16,067 nt of DNA. Source: a virus. A program made the position numbers and the translations under genes. Of this stretch, positions 1 through 8,328 are shown one piece after another. Where the stretch lies: UHGV virus genome UHGV-0180947. One strand, 5' to 3'. Below the pieces are notes generated by a model. The model worked only from the letters and a program-made list of their open reading frames with translations. It searched no databases and had not been told where the DNA came from. The stretch's first letter is position 1, and every line of letters starts with the position of its first letter.

Positions 1-49
1 GTTTCCCCCAGCCGGGTATTGAAAAAATATTTCATGGTTTACCTGCGAT

Positions 50-823
50 TCAGGCGAGATAAGAATGAGGGTTGGGGAAGACGATTTCTTTGTAACAGCG
101 GCAGTTCGGCAGCTCACCAGCGTGACCGGTCATACCGTCAAGCGTTGGAGGTCGGCCCCATTCGACAAACTTACCTTCCATCTCCCGATGAGAATGCCGG
201 ACGTCGCCATCTTCGGCTGTACGCCAGATATAACCATTCGAGCCGATTGACAGCGCACGCGCCTGATCCAATGCACCGGTTGCGCGCCCAAGCTCAGTCC
301 GGGCGATAAGGTTCGCTCGTGAGCGTGACACGTCACCGGAAGCAGCTATCTCTTTCGCGAATGGCTCAGCGCGGCCACCAGTTACTACAGCCTCGATGGC
401 CTTGTTCTGAATGTCATACACCCGATCGGCGGCCTCAAGAGGCAGAGATTTGATGTACTTAATTTGCTCGGCGACGATGGATTTCATCACCTGGCCTACC
501 GGGGCGCGGTCGACCATGTTGCGTAGTTCTGCGCTGATGTTCCGACTGTGCTGACGCCACTGCTTTTCATTCTGGCGCGCAATGTCGGCGGTGAAGCTCT
601 CAGCAACCTTAGTCGCCCAGGGGGTGATGATTTCGCTGTAGCGCTCCAGCGCATCCATTATTTCGGTGACGCTATCGTTTGAACCATCGTAGCGACCATT
701 TACGATATCCCCGACCGCCCGCGCTATCTGCCGTAGGCTCGTTCGATATCGGATCTCCGCCTGGCGGCTCTGGCGGTTTGTCGCCAAGTTCGCCGATGCC
801 TGGCGGCGCTTCGTCTTCGGCAT
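50..823 (-). CDS. Phage head morphogenesis protein (Mu F / SPP1 gp7-like)
   Basis: 257-aa ORF ending in the family-typical C-terminus ...HAGELPNCRCY. It overlaps the portal ORF by about 150 nt in another frame; an internal ATG near 658 would remove the overlap, so the start is uncertain. Confidence 0.75.
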   Translation of the reverse strand: MPKTKRRQASANLATNRQSRQAEIRYRTSLRQIARAVGDIVNGRYDGSNDSVTEIMDALERYSEIITPWATKVAESFTADIARQNEKQWRQHSRNISAELRNMVDRAPVGQVMKSIVAEQIKYIKSLPLEAADRVYDIQNKAIEAVVTGGRAEPFAKEIAASGDVSRSRANLIARTELGRATGALDQARALSIGSNGYIWRTAEDGDVRHSHREMEGKFVEWGRPPTLDGMTGHAGELPNCRCYKEIVFPNPHSYLA

Positions 824-2141
824 TCTCGATATCCTCGTCGGTAATGGATGCCCCGATGCCGGTGACGTCAGAGTTTTCGCGCAGGTCGGTCATCGCCGCC
901 TTACGCGTCATCAATCCGTCGCCCAGCGCGGTACTGATCGCGTTGGTGGTGTTTACGGCCACCGTTGATCGGTCAACGTCTGACATTTGCCATAGCGGGT
1001 TAAACTCAAACGTGAAATCGTCCGGCAGCGGCTTTCCGAGTTCCGAGCGGTGCATAATGTCCAGTATCCGGCGCATCGGCAGCCGTAAGCGGCGCTCCTG
1101 CAATGAGCTCACCCGGTCGTAATAGTTGGCGAGGTCTGCATCACCAGTAGAGAAGCCTTTCGGGGATTGACCGAACAGGCGTACCAGCGGGATACCAACG
1201 GCACCGCTGATCTGCTCAGCAAACTGCGAAAGAATGTCATCCAGACCACTAAAGCTGTACTGGTGGGTTTCGAACTTATCCCGCGAGTCCATGAGCGTCA
1301 TACCTTCATTGCTCTGGAACTGGCGGATCAGGTCGATGTTCTTCAGCAACGCTTCGAACGCCGGGCCTCCAAGCGCGATAAGCTCGCGCAACTTCTCCAC
1401 GCTATAGGTACGCAGATGCGCTTTATAGACCAGCTGCGCCGCGCCGACAGTAGCGCTATCGAACGCAGTAAGCCGATCCCAGATACGCTCTACAACCGAC
1501 ATTCCCCATTCGTTTTCGGTCATCTTCTGCTGGAATGGCAGCGTCACCCCGTCGAAGCGAATCAGGCGGCTGTGATGGATGCGCCAGGCCGGGATGCCCG
1601 TTGCAGTGGTCACCACGTCGTAAAACTCAGGCTTGCCGAGGTCCGGCCCCATATCTTTAATGCGGCGGGTCAGCACCGGGTTAATCATCCAGCGGTCGAG
1701 CGGGAGAATGCCCTTAAACTTGCCTTCTCCAATGGTTTCGAGCCGCAACGGGGTCATTGGTGCCTGCCCCTCAATCATGATGAAGCCCACCGCGCCGCCG
1801 TAGAGACGCGACCATTTCAGCACGTCGTTCAGCGCATCCCAGATCTGCAACTCATCCAGCTGCGCTTCCAGGGTGCCACGGTCTTTGGCGTCAATCTCCG
1901 AAGTGATGCGAATGCCTTTCCGGGTCATATCGTCCGGGATAGCGTCGACCGCTTCGCCGATAACCCACGATCCGCGATATGACCATTCCACCAGCATGCG
2001 GTTGCGGCTGGTGAAGTTCGCCCGGTAGGTCGATGCTGAATGCTGGTTAGGCGTCTGCATCCCCACGCGGGCGACAAAGTTTTCATAGCCATCAGCGGTG
2101 GCCTGCGCCGTTCGCTGAGAGGCTTGCTTGTTTCGTGCCAT
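672..2141 (-). CDS. Phage portal protein
   Basis: 489-aa ORF immediately downstream of the large terminase, with a 1-nt start/stop overlap, and upstream of the head morphogenesis gene; size and acidic C-terminus fit a portal. Call rests on position and size, not on a recognised motif. Confidence 0.75.
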   Translation of the reverse strand: MARNKQASQRTAQATADGYENFVARVGMQTPNQHSASTYRANFTSRNRMLVEWSYRGSWVIGEAVDAIPDDMTRKGIRITSEIDAKDRGTLEAQLDELQIWDALNDVLKWSRLYGGAVGFIMIEGQAPMTPLRLETIGEGKFKGILPLDRWMINPVLTRRIKDMGPDLGKPEFYDVVTTATGIPAWRIHHSRLIRFDGVTLPFQQKMTENEWGMSVVERIWDRLTAFDSATVGAAQLVYKAHLRTYSVEKLRELIALGGPAFEALLKNIDLIRQFQSNEGMTLMDSRDKFETHQYSFSGLDDILSQFAEQISGAVGIPLVRLFGQSPKGFSTGDADLANYYDRVSSLQERRLRLPMRRILDIMHRSELGKPLPDDFTFEFNPLWQMSDVDRSTVAVNTTNAISTALGDGLMTRKAAMTDLRENSDVTGIGASITDEDIENAEDEAPPGIGELGDKPPEPPGGDPISNEPTADSAGGRGYRKWSLRWFKR

Positions 2142-3763
2142 CAGGCCTGTCTCCCTAGCAGCTCCCAGATGTTCAGGGCTGAATTCATTGGCGCGTAGCT
2201 GATCATCACCGAGTCGGCGAGGTTCGGCGACTTGGTGCCGTCAGGCTGTTTATCAACAACGATTTTCCCCACACCGTTAATGGAATAGGTCGGTTGCGAC
2301 AGCTCGATGATGAGTTTGTCTTTGCTCGCCATGGCGCTGCTGATTGAGATAATTTCGTCCGGGTTGTAGGCCATTCCCTCAACCACGGCGCGATAGGTGT
2401 TCTGGAAAAGCTTGCGTAATTGCCACCAGCTCTGGGCCTTGGCGTTAGCAAAGAAGTCCTTGTTCAGGCGGGCGGCCTGTCCGTTGTCGCCGCGCACCGC
2501 TTCGTCGTCCGGATCAAACACCGCGCCGCTACCGCGAAACGGTGTGGCGAGTATTGACGGTCGGCGCGCAGCGTTACGCAGTTCGTTGATGGCGCGTGCA
2601 TCGCCGCGAACGCCAGCGCCCAGGCCGTCCTCGTCGAAGCGAAATTCTTCGAGGTTGTCCTGTTCGCAAAAGCCGAAGACCTTCTCAACGGACTGGTAAA
2701 TGTCGCTGCCCACGCCGGACCATTCCCGCACGTTCTCCAGGAGGAAGCCGTGACGGGTCGAAAAGGCGTTTTTGTCCCGGCCTTCGTCGGCGACGTCCAT
2801 CGCGCCCAGTCGCTTGCCCGTTGGCTGAATACCAAGTTTGATATGCGCGTCGACGGCAGCCTGTACCCAGTCGGACGGGATCAGGACGCCTTCCGCAGAT
2901 GCGCTGTAGTTCAGGTCAAGTTCCTGCGCCACCACCACCGGATTGTCGATTTTCTCGCACTCCCTGCGATACCACTCTTCATCCTTGCGCGGGTCATCTC
3001 GCCAGTGGAACGTGAATACTGGTATTTTTCCGCCGTGGCGCTTCTGCGCGAACGGGTTCGCCATGCCATTAACCGAGCTCAGGTCAATACGGCAACGGGT
3101 GGTTTGCGACAGCGCCGCATCAATCAACAGAGGACGCTGGAGGAATGCAGCTTCATCCACCAGGTAGAGCGTGGTACGGTCACCACGTCCGATATTGTCG
3201 CCAGCCTCGCCTTTGATAACCGCGCCAGTATCGGGAAACTCAACGCGCATGTACGGCGCGTGCTTCTTCTCGTCCCACGAACCGCGAAACTCGACGGGCA
3301 GCGTTTCCACGAACTTGCGCGCCTTCCAGAACAGCGCCTTCGGGTCTCCGGTGCTGTCGACGTATTCCTCTTTACGGGAGCCGAAGCCGATGACCATTTC
3401 TTTGTTGAAGAGGCAGAGCGAACAGGCCAGCCCGATCGCCGTCCAGCTGAGCCCCATTTCGCGGCTCTTTTCGGTGATGCCGTTCTCCAGCCGTTCGCGC
3501 CGCTCCATGATCCAGTGAATCCACTCTTCCTGTTTCGGAAACAGCAGAAAAGGGATGGTGACCGGCAGGCCATAATCGATGTTACGCGGGTCAGTAGTCA
3601 TCCCCCAGTCGATGATGAACTGTGCCGGGTTGGTGCGGTAAAACTGCTTTAGCGCTGGCAGCATTTCAGGGTTCTGGCGAATGCGCTGTAAGCGCTCCAT
3701 CCGCCATTCAAAAACCATCTGGTAATCAGGATGTTTAAAATCGAAGGGGAATGGTAACGGCAT
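2141..3763 (-). CDS. terL: Terminase large subunit
   Basis: 540-aa ORF with an N-terminus (…[37 protein letters not shown]…) typical of enterobacterial lambdoid large terminases; lies directly after the small terminase. Confidence 0.88.
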   Translation of the reverse strand: MPLPFPFDFKHPDYQMVFEWRMERLQRIRQNPEMLPALKQFYRTNPAQFIIDWGMTTDPRNIDYGLPVTIPFLLFPKQEEWIHWIMERRERLENGITEKSREMGLSWTAIGLACSLCLFNKEMVIGFGSRKEEYVDSTGDPKALFWKARKFVETLPVEFRGSWDEKKHAPYMRVEFPDTGAVIKGEAGDNIGRGDRTTLYLVDEAAFLQRPLLIDAALSQTTRCRIDLSSVNGMANPFAQKRHGGKIPVFTFHWRDDPRKDEEWYRRECEKIDNPVVVAQELDLNYSASAEGVLIPSDWVQAAVDAHIKLGIQPTGKRLGAMDVADEGRDKNAFSTRHGFLLENVREWSGVGSDIYQSVEKVFGFCEQDNLEEFRFDEDGLGAGVRGDARAINELRNAARRPSILATPFRGSGAVFDPDDEAVRGDNGQAARLNKDFFANAKAQSWWQLRKLFQNTYRAVVEGMAYNPDEIISISSAMASKDKLIIELSQPTYSINGVGKIVVDKQPDGTKSPNLADSVMISYAPMNSALNIWELLGRQA

Positions 3764-3765
3764 AC

Positions 3766-4317
3766 TTAGCCCATCATTTTTCTATACGCCTCTGCAGCCT
3801 GCTCCGGCGTTAAGTTGGTAATTTCTGTTCTGACTGGTCCTCCATCAGCGCCAGTCACTTCATTTTTGACGTTGTCTTTAAACGCCTGAACAGAAACATG
3901 ACGCCCAAGCAACTCAAGGTTTTTAACCTTATCAGGCCATTTGATTTTCTTCAGAAGTGCGGCGCTATCTGCGGATACCATCTCCACGACATCCATTCCT
4001 GATAGCGTTGTGCGCCATACCTTAGGCCAGTCTTTGATGGGTTTTAGCTCACCGTTTTGCAGGAGAATGTCAAGCACATCCATCTGGTCGATTTCAATAA
4101 GGCGATTAAGTACATATTCTGCATTAATACCAACAAGATCATTGCGTTGCGCTTTCAGTTCGGCGATTCTTAACTTGATGTCAGGTTTTGACAGGTTTTC
4201 GGATGCGGTACGGTTAGCTGTCTTTGCGCTGTACCCCGCCCGAATAGCCGCTTGCGTGGCGTTTAAATCGATGAGGTACTCGCGACAGAACATTTCTTGT
4301 TTGTCGGTGAGTGCCAT
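3766..4317 (-). CDS. terS: Terminase small subunit
   Basis: 183-aa ORF ([30 protein letters not shown]…) with an HTH-like N-terminus, immediately upstream of terL; resembles P27-type small terminases. The segment looks lower in GC than terL. Confidence 0.75.
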   Translation of the reverse strand: MALTDKQEMFCREYLIDLNATQAAIRAGYSAKTANRTASENLSKPDIKLRIAELKAQRNDLVGINAEYVLNRLIEIDQMDVLDILLQNGELKPIKDWPKVWRTTLSGMDVVEMVSADSAALLKKIKWPDKVKNLELLGRHVSVQAFKDNVKNEVTGADGGPVRTEITNLTPEQAAEAYRKMMG

Positions 4318-4344
4318 GTATCTCTCTCTTAAAAAGGAAGCTTT

Positions 4345-4554
4345 ATGTCAAAAAATCCACGTACCCCTAAATTTAAAATCGGCGACATTGTTTATTTGGT
4401 TTCAGGCGGCCCGGCGATGGCTGTTCAGGAGCCAATCATAAACAGCTTTGATGTTTTTGTTGGTGATTACTGGTGTCAGTGGTTTTCAGGAAGGAAGCAA
4501 GAAAGAGCCAGATTTCCAGAAGAATCACTGACTGCTACCAACCCAAAGCCGTAA
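4345..4554 (+). CDS. Small DUF2158 (YodC)-like protein
   Basis: 69-aa ORF with an AAGGAAG Shine-Dalgarno 5 nt upstream. Motif KIGDIVYLVSGGPAMAV…CQWFSG matches the GDxVxLKSGGPxMTV…CxWF pattern of YodC-like proteins. It is opposite in strand to the surrounding late genes. Confidence 0.55.
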   Translation: MSKNPRTPKFKIGDIVYLVSGGPAMAVQEPIINSFDVFVGDYWCQWFSGRKQERARFPEESLTATNPKP

Positions 4555-4589
4555 ACCCAAACGCACTCAAGTTGTCTCTTACAGACGTG

Positions 4590-4838
4590 ATGAAGTGGAT
4601 GATGGCTCAGTTAGAATATGACGGTTGCCTGTATCAGGAAGACGTAGTTGATTATTTAGTCAAACTCGATAATGAGCAGTTTCTGAAAGAAAATGCTGAT
4701 GGTAATCTTGTTTTATCTACACCTGTCATTACCCAATTCCGCAAAGTAAGCGGTGATAAAGTGGTTTGGGTTAAGCCTGAACGATATTGGCGTTATCGCG
4801 TTAATGAAGATGAGCCTGGTCGCGAAGCGCGCGGGTAA
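4590..4838 (+). CDS. Hypothetical protein (second gene of the plus-strand insert)
   Basis: The ORF track gives 4473..4838, but that extension overlaps the previous gene by 82 nt in another frame. The ATG at 4590 gives an 82-aa product (MKWMMAQLEYDG…). No family recognised. A hairpin with a T-rich tail follows at about 4847-4880. Confidence 0.45.
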   Translation: MKWMMAQLEYDGCLYQEDVVDYLVKLDNEQFLKENADGNLVLSTPVITQFRKVSGDKVVWVKPERYWRYRVNEDEPGREARG

Positions 4839-4964
4839 ATAATCTGTGGTGACTCTGTTTTATGGTCACCATTCTTATTCGACGAAATCACAGTCCGGTT
4901 TTGTCATAATTTTGTCCTCGCCTTGACATTATCGAGCCACCTCTGGAAGTGGCTCTGTAATGCC

Positions 4965-5432
4965 TTACTTCAGGCATTGCGTGGTGATGTATTCCTGCAG
5001 GGCTCTCAGGGCTGTTTGGTCGCTGAGGATTCCGGATCGGATACCGAGAACGTTTCGTCCAGCAACTGCAGAGAGTTCGACGGTGGCATCATCGCCCATG
5101 CTGGAGGCGCCGGTGGTTTGGGTTGAGGCTGACACTGGACATTTGCCTTTGACGAGCACCCGACCACCATTATCAAGCTTGCGCTGCAGAGCATCATTTT
5201 CAGCTTTTGCATCGGCTAATTCCTTCGTGTATTTGGCATCGAGCGCTGCGACGTCTCTCTGACGGGTCTGCATGTCAGCGATGGTGTCTTTCGCCAGGCT
5301 GAGCTGCTCAGTCACTTTATCGCGCTGCCTTTTGAACTCGGTGGCGTTGTCATGGTAGTGGCTAGCCAACCATCCGAGACTGACTATCAGGCAGATCACA
5401 ATGGCGCTGATAATGGTAGTTAATCGGCTCAT
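4965..5432 (-). CDS. Rz: Rz-type i-spanin (lysis)
   Basis: N-terminus [21 protein letters not shown]…[26 protein letters not shown] closely matches lambda Rz. The start at 5432 forms an ATGA overlap with the endolysin stop; the ORF track's longer start at 5450 would overlap the endolysin. Confidence 0.85.
   Translation of the reverse strand: MSRLTTIISAIVICLIVSLGWLASHYHDNATEFKRQRDKVTEQLSLAKDTIADMQTRQRDVAALDAKYTKELADAKAENDALQRKLDNGGRVLVKGKCPVSASTQTTGASSMGDDATVELSAVAGRNVLGIRSGILSDQTALRALQEYITTQCLK
5006..5212 (-). CDS. Rz1: Rz1-type o-spanin lipoprotein, embedded in Rz in another frame
   Basis: [21 protein letters not shown]…[14 protein letters not shown] closely matches lambda Rz1: signal peptide, lipobox VVGC, proline-rich mature region. 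It lies wholly inside Rz, as in lambda. Confidence 0.8.
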   Translation of the reverse strand: MQKLKMMLCSASLIMVVGCSSKANVQCQPQPKPPAPPAWAMMPPSNSLQLLDETFSVSDPESSATKQP

Positions 5433-5938
5433 TTCTGCCCCCACAAACAAACTTCACGCTCAATCTCGCGGCGAGTTACCAGGCCTTTCCACTGCTTGCC
5501 CTTGGCGTAAGTCCAGCGGCGCAGCTGGTCGCACGCACCTTTCTGGTCGCCCTGGTTGATTTTGCGCAGCAGCGTGGAGGTCTGGAAGTTTCCAGCGCCG
5601 ACGTTATACGCGAATGAGTACAGAGCCCCGCGCATTATTTCGGGGATCGGCTTCTGGATGTATGGGTTAATCTGGCGGGCAACGGTGTTCAGGTCTTTGC
5701 TGAGTAGCGCACGGCATTCAGCCTCGGTGTACTTCTTGCCGAGCATGATATCTTTGCCAGTGTGGCCATAACAGACCGTCCAGACGCCTACCACATCCTG
5801 ATAAGGAACATATCGCACACCTTCAAGACCATCGTTACCGGTTGGGCCAGTGATGAGCGCAGAGGCAATGGCTATGGCGCCACCGCCGCCGGCGATCACG
5901 CCAATCAGTTTATTCCTCATTGATGGCGTCATGCTCAC
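5429..5938 (-). CDS. SAR endolysin (phage lysozyme with N-terminal signal-anchor-release domain)
   Basis: 169-aa ORF. The Gly/Ala-rich N-terminal segment [51 protein letters not shown] is very close to phage 21 R21 and P1 Lyz and carries the E…D…T catalytic residues. Its start overlaps the holin stop (ATGA). Confidence 0.9.
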   Translation of the reverse strand: MSMTPSMRNKLIGVIAGGGGAIAIASALITGPTGNDGLEGVRYVPYQDVVGVWTVCYGHTGKDIMLGKKYTEAECRALLSKDLNTVARQINPYIQKPIPEIMRGALYSFAYNVGAGNFQTSTLLRKINQGDQKGACDQLRRWTYAKGKQWKGLVTRREIEREVCLWGQK

Positions 5939-6249
5939 CCCTGTGTATCACTTGCGATCCGCTTCAAGGCCTCGGTTACCACTTCGGCTGAAGCCGGGCG
6001 GTCACCTCCAGGCTTTGCGGAGACATCAGCCAGATAACTGGCCAACAGCTGCGTGCGTTTTTTCTCTTCATCCAGTCGCTCTCGCTCTTCCTTGCGCTTT
6101 GCGTAATACGTCTTGATTGTGAAGAAGGCAGAGATCAGGGCGCCAATGATGAAGACATAATCCTGCAGACTCAGGACGGAAAAGATACCAAGCAAGGCTG
6201 ACCACCAGTAAGGCAGATTGTGACCATCGGTTGGGTTCATACGTTGCAT
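5935..6249 (-). CDS. Holin (class II / pinholin-like)
   Basis: 104-aa ORF with two hydrophobic segments ([30 protein letters not shown]) and a charged C-terminus, directly upstream of and overlapping the SAR endolysin; strong GGAGGTGA Shine-Dalgarno. Confidence 0.75.
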   Translation of the reverse strand: MQRMNPTDGHNLPYWWSALLGIFSVLSLQDYVFIIGALISAFFTIKTYYAKRKEERERLDEEKKRTQLLASYLADVSAKPGGDRPASAEVVTEALKRIASDTQG

Positions 6250-6276
6250 CTCTCACCTCCGATAATGTTCGGGGTG

Positions 6277-6843
6277 CTATCTGTAGTCAGTAAAAGGTTC
6301 AGGGCCGTCGGGCTGATTTTCCGGGGATACCTTTCCCTGTTTTTGGGGATGGTTATCCCTGTTTTCAGGGATGGTTGGCGCGGCTATTCTGCTATCCCTA
6401 ATTTCAGGGATGGTGATAACCTGCGTTTCAACTTCAGCGACCGGAAAACTCACCGGACATTTAGGGCATTTCGGTTTGGTATAAGCCCATGCATCCAGAC
6501 AGGTGTTGATCCCGATGTATCGTGTTTGCCCAATCCTGCGAACCTTGATGATGTTGCGATAAGCAAGGCTGAGAACCGCTTCAGAAACGTGCTTAACCGC
6601 CAGCATGGTTTTGTCAGCGATGAGGCTGTTAGCGATCCGGTCTTCTTTTTTCGACCAGCCATACGTCAGGCGAACAATTGCATTCAGCACGCGAAATTCG
6701 CGCCCCGAAAGCTCCACTACACACAAGGCGTCCTGAATCTGGTTAGCAAGGCGCAGATAGCCATTGTCCAGATCAGCCATGCGACTCTCCTGCTGTACCT
6801 TTTCCGGCACAGGGAAATTGATTACTTCGGCAGTATTTGCCAT
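6277..6843 (-). CDS. O: Lambda-O-like replication initiator, N-terminal DNA-binding domain plus origin linker only
   Basis: N-terminus MANTAEVINF…RMADLDNGYLRLAN…LSGREFRVLNAIVRLTYGWSKKEDRI aligns with lambda O (…RNVADLDDGYARLSN…LTKRQFKVLLAILRKTYGWNKPMDRI). It is 188 aa against 299 in lambda O, and the C-terminal P-interaction domain is absent. Confidence 0.8.
   Translation of the reverse strand: MANTAEVINFPVPEKVQQESRMADLDNGYLRLANQIQDALCVVELSGREFRVLNAIVRLTYGWSKKEDRIANSLIADKTMLAVKHVSEAVLSLAYRNIIKVRRIGQTRYIGINTCLDAWAYTKPKCPKCPVSFPVAEVETQVITIPEIRDSRIAAPTIPENRDNHPQKQGKVSPENQPDGPEPFTDYR
6317..6413. repeat. Origin iterons (ori-lambda-like) inside the O-like gene
   Basis: Three near-identical 19-bp palindromic repeats: TCCCTGTTTTTGGGGATGG (6334-6352), TCCCTGTTTTCAGGGATGG (6356-6374), TCCCTAATTTCAGGGATGG (6395-6413), plus a degenerate copy near 6317-6331. 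Lambda iterons have the form TCCCTC…GAGGGA. Confidence 0.7.
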
Positions 6844-6928
6844 AATTACTCCTGTGAATTTGTTCAGTTAATTCGCGTAGAAAGCCGTTAGTGTTCTCGC
6901 ACTGCGGCTTTCGCCCTTCTGTTTCCAC

Positions 6929-7150
6929 TCATGCTTCAAAATCACCTTTCTCTCCCGGCCTGTTAGAAATCAGGATGGCCAGCAGTAGCGACATGTTCGG
7001 CAGCAGACTTTCCCGCCAGCGACTCACCGTCGACTTATTCACTCCGGCCACTTTGGCGATATTCGTGGTTCCCAGTTCAGCTATCTGGCTGTGTAACCAG
7101 CTTTCTATCCTGCGAGCCTCCACTTTGTTGCGTGTCGTTGAACTCTCCAT
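6929..7150 (-). CDS. cII: CII-like transcriptional activator
   Basis: …RNKVEARRIESWLHSQIAELGTTNIAKVAGVNKSTVSRWRESLLPNMSLLLAIL aligns with lambda CII (…RNEALRIESALLNKIAMLGTEKTAEAVGVDKSQISRWKRDWIPKFSMLLAVL); sits between cro and O as in lambda. Confidence 0.85.
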   Translation of the reverse strand: MESSTTRNKVEARRIESWLHSQIAELGTTNIAKVAGVNKSTVSRWRESLLPNMSLLLAILISNRPGEKGDFEA

Positions 7151-7229
7151 TTGTGATACTTCCTCTGGTGGTGTTTGGAATGGCTGAATTACTCAGTCAG
7201 AACCCGCTGACTGCTCAATTCAGCTTTGT

Positions 7230-7421
7230 TTAATCAGGATTTCTGTTATGTGGGAAAGGCTTGATCTCCTCAGCCTTAATTTTTCCATCAGGCAGGGTGT
7301 TAACGAAAATCTTCCGCCCTACCCGGATAGCTTTACTAATTGCGGTCTGGTGAACGCCGATGGCATCAGCAGCTCTTGCCTGTCCAACTTCGTCAACGTA
7401 TTCAGCTAAAGAAATTTTCAT
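7230..7421 (-). CDS. cro: Cro-like repressor
   Basis: 63-aa product MKISLAEYVDEVGQARAADAIGVHQTAISKAIRVGRKIFVNTLPDGKIKAEEIKPFPHNRNPD aligns along its length with lambda Cro. The ORF track's 133-aa version is an upstream TTG extension through the operator region and is not credible. Start coordinate is within 1 nt. Confidence 0.85.
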   Translation of the reverse strand: MKISLAEYVDEVGQARAADAIGVHQTAISKAIRVGRKIFVNTLPDGKIKAEEIKPFPHNRNPD

Positions 7422-7448
7422 GTGGTTAGCTCCTATCAACTCATGAGT

Positions 7449-7516
7449 AAACAATACCACAAGTATTAAACATTGCAATACCGCGAGTATTTTTAAAATA
7501 AGAACATTGGTATTAC
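7449..7516. promoter_or_regulatory. Operator cluster (OR1-OR3-like) with divergent promoters for cro and cI
   Basis: 15-bp inverted repeats AATACCACAAGTATT (7453-7467) and AATACCGCGAGTATT (7477-7491), and a degenerate AAGAACATTGGTATT (7500-7514), spaced about 24 bp apart. A TTGCAA -35-like hexamer lies in the middle site and a TATTGT -10 candidate for the cro strand in the cro-proximal site. Exact promoter hexamers are tentative. Confidence 0.6.
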
Positions 7517-7525
7517 TATTTGAAA

Positions 7526-8236
7526 ATGGAAAAGAAAAAGACACTGACATCGGCTCAGATCGCTGACGCAGAAAGGCTGAAAGCCCTCTATGAAGCCAAG
7601 AAAAAAGAGCTTGGGATAACACAGCAATCAATAGCTGACATGCTAGACATATCTCAGGGGGGCGTTGGGCATTACTTGAATGGCAGGAATGCCCTTAATG
7701 CTGCCGTGGCTGCTGTTTTTGCCAGAGCCCTCCAGGTGGATGTCTCTGATTTTAGCCCCAGCCTTGCGAAAGAAATATCTGCAATGAGTGCTTCCGCTAC
7801 ATCGAATGCCAAGTATGCAGGCCAGTACACCCAAGGCATTAAATACCCTGTATTAAGCAAGATTCAGGCTGGGCATTGGTCGGAAGCGTGCGAGCCGTAT
7901 GCACTTAAAGATATCGATCTATGGCTAGAATCAGACGCTCACATCCAGGGGGATGCGTTCTGGTTGTTGGTCGAGGGGGAATCCATGACTGCCCCGGTCG
8001 GGCTCAGCATACCAGAGGGTACCTACGTTTTGTTTGATACCGGCCGAGAGCCAGTAAATGGCAGCCTTGTGATCGCAAAGCTATCCGAATCAAACGAAGC
8101 GACATTCAAAAAGCTGATTATTGATGGGGGCCAGAAGTACCTGAAGGGCTTAAACCCTCAATGGCCATTGGTTCCCATCAACGGAAACTGTCGAATCATT
8201 GGTGTGGCAGTAGAAACTAAGTTAAGGCTTGTGTGA
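7526..8236 (+). CDS. cI: CI-type repressor (HTH plus S24 LexA-like autopeptidase domain)
   Basis: Aligns with lambda CI over its whole length (…LTSAQIADAERLKALYEAKKKELGITQQSIADMLDISQGGVGHYLNGRNALNA…, …FWLLVEGESMTAP…, …TFKKLI…), including the Ser and Lys of the autocleavage dyad. ATG at 7526 with almost no leader; the ORF track's TTG at 7520 is the upstream alternative. Confidence 0.9.
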   Translation: MEKKKTLTSAQIADAERLKALYEAKKKELGITQQSIADMLDISQGGVGHYLNGRNALNAAVAAVFARALQVDVSDFSPSLAKEISAMSASATSNAKYAGQYTQGIKYPVLSKIQAGHWSEACEPYALKDIDLWLESDAHIQGDAFWLLVEGESMTAPVGLSIPEGTYVLFDTGREPVNGSLVIAKLSESNEATFKKLIIDGGQKYLKGLNPQWPLVPINGNCRIIGVAVETKLRLV

Positions 8237-8328
8237 TCGGCAGCATGCCGCAGACGTACAGGAAGCATGGGTAGCCACTTACGTTCGTTTTATCCTTGAT
8301 AAAATGAATTACAACGTATTAAAAAATA

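Noticed and set aside
19-336. Short ORFs on both strands at the left edge (96, 61 and 68 aa)
   Set aside because: All lie inside or antisense to the head morphogenesis gene and are out-of-frame shadows.
1167-1982. 271-aa plus-strand ORF
   Set aside because: Lies entirely antisense to the portal gene, which has a coherent phage context; a long antisense frame in GC-rich coding sequence with no ribosome-binding site or recognisable features.
2750-3652. 300-aa plus-strand ORF, plus several 74-149-aa ORFs in 2206-3573
   Set aside because: All are antisense or out-of-frame shadows inside the large terminase gene; Arg/Ser/Pro-rich low-complexity translations typical of spurious frames in GC-rich DNA.
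4934-4955. Hairpin GAGCCAC-CTCTGGAA-GTGGCTC, considered as a terminator or cos-associated element
   Set aside because: No U-run in either orientation; location downstream of Rz is compatible with several roles and the sequence cannot discriminate them.
6220-6891. 223-aa plus-strand ORF
   Set aside because: Antisense to the O-like gene, whose translation aligns convincingly with lambda O; this frame runs through the iterons and the holin start and has no homology or ribosome-binding site.
7422-7631. N-terminal 70 residues of the 133-aa ORF-track version of cro
   Set aside because: Uses a TTG start and reads through the operator and promoter region and the start of cI; the Cro homology begins only at the internal ATG.
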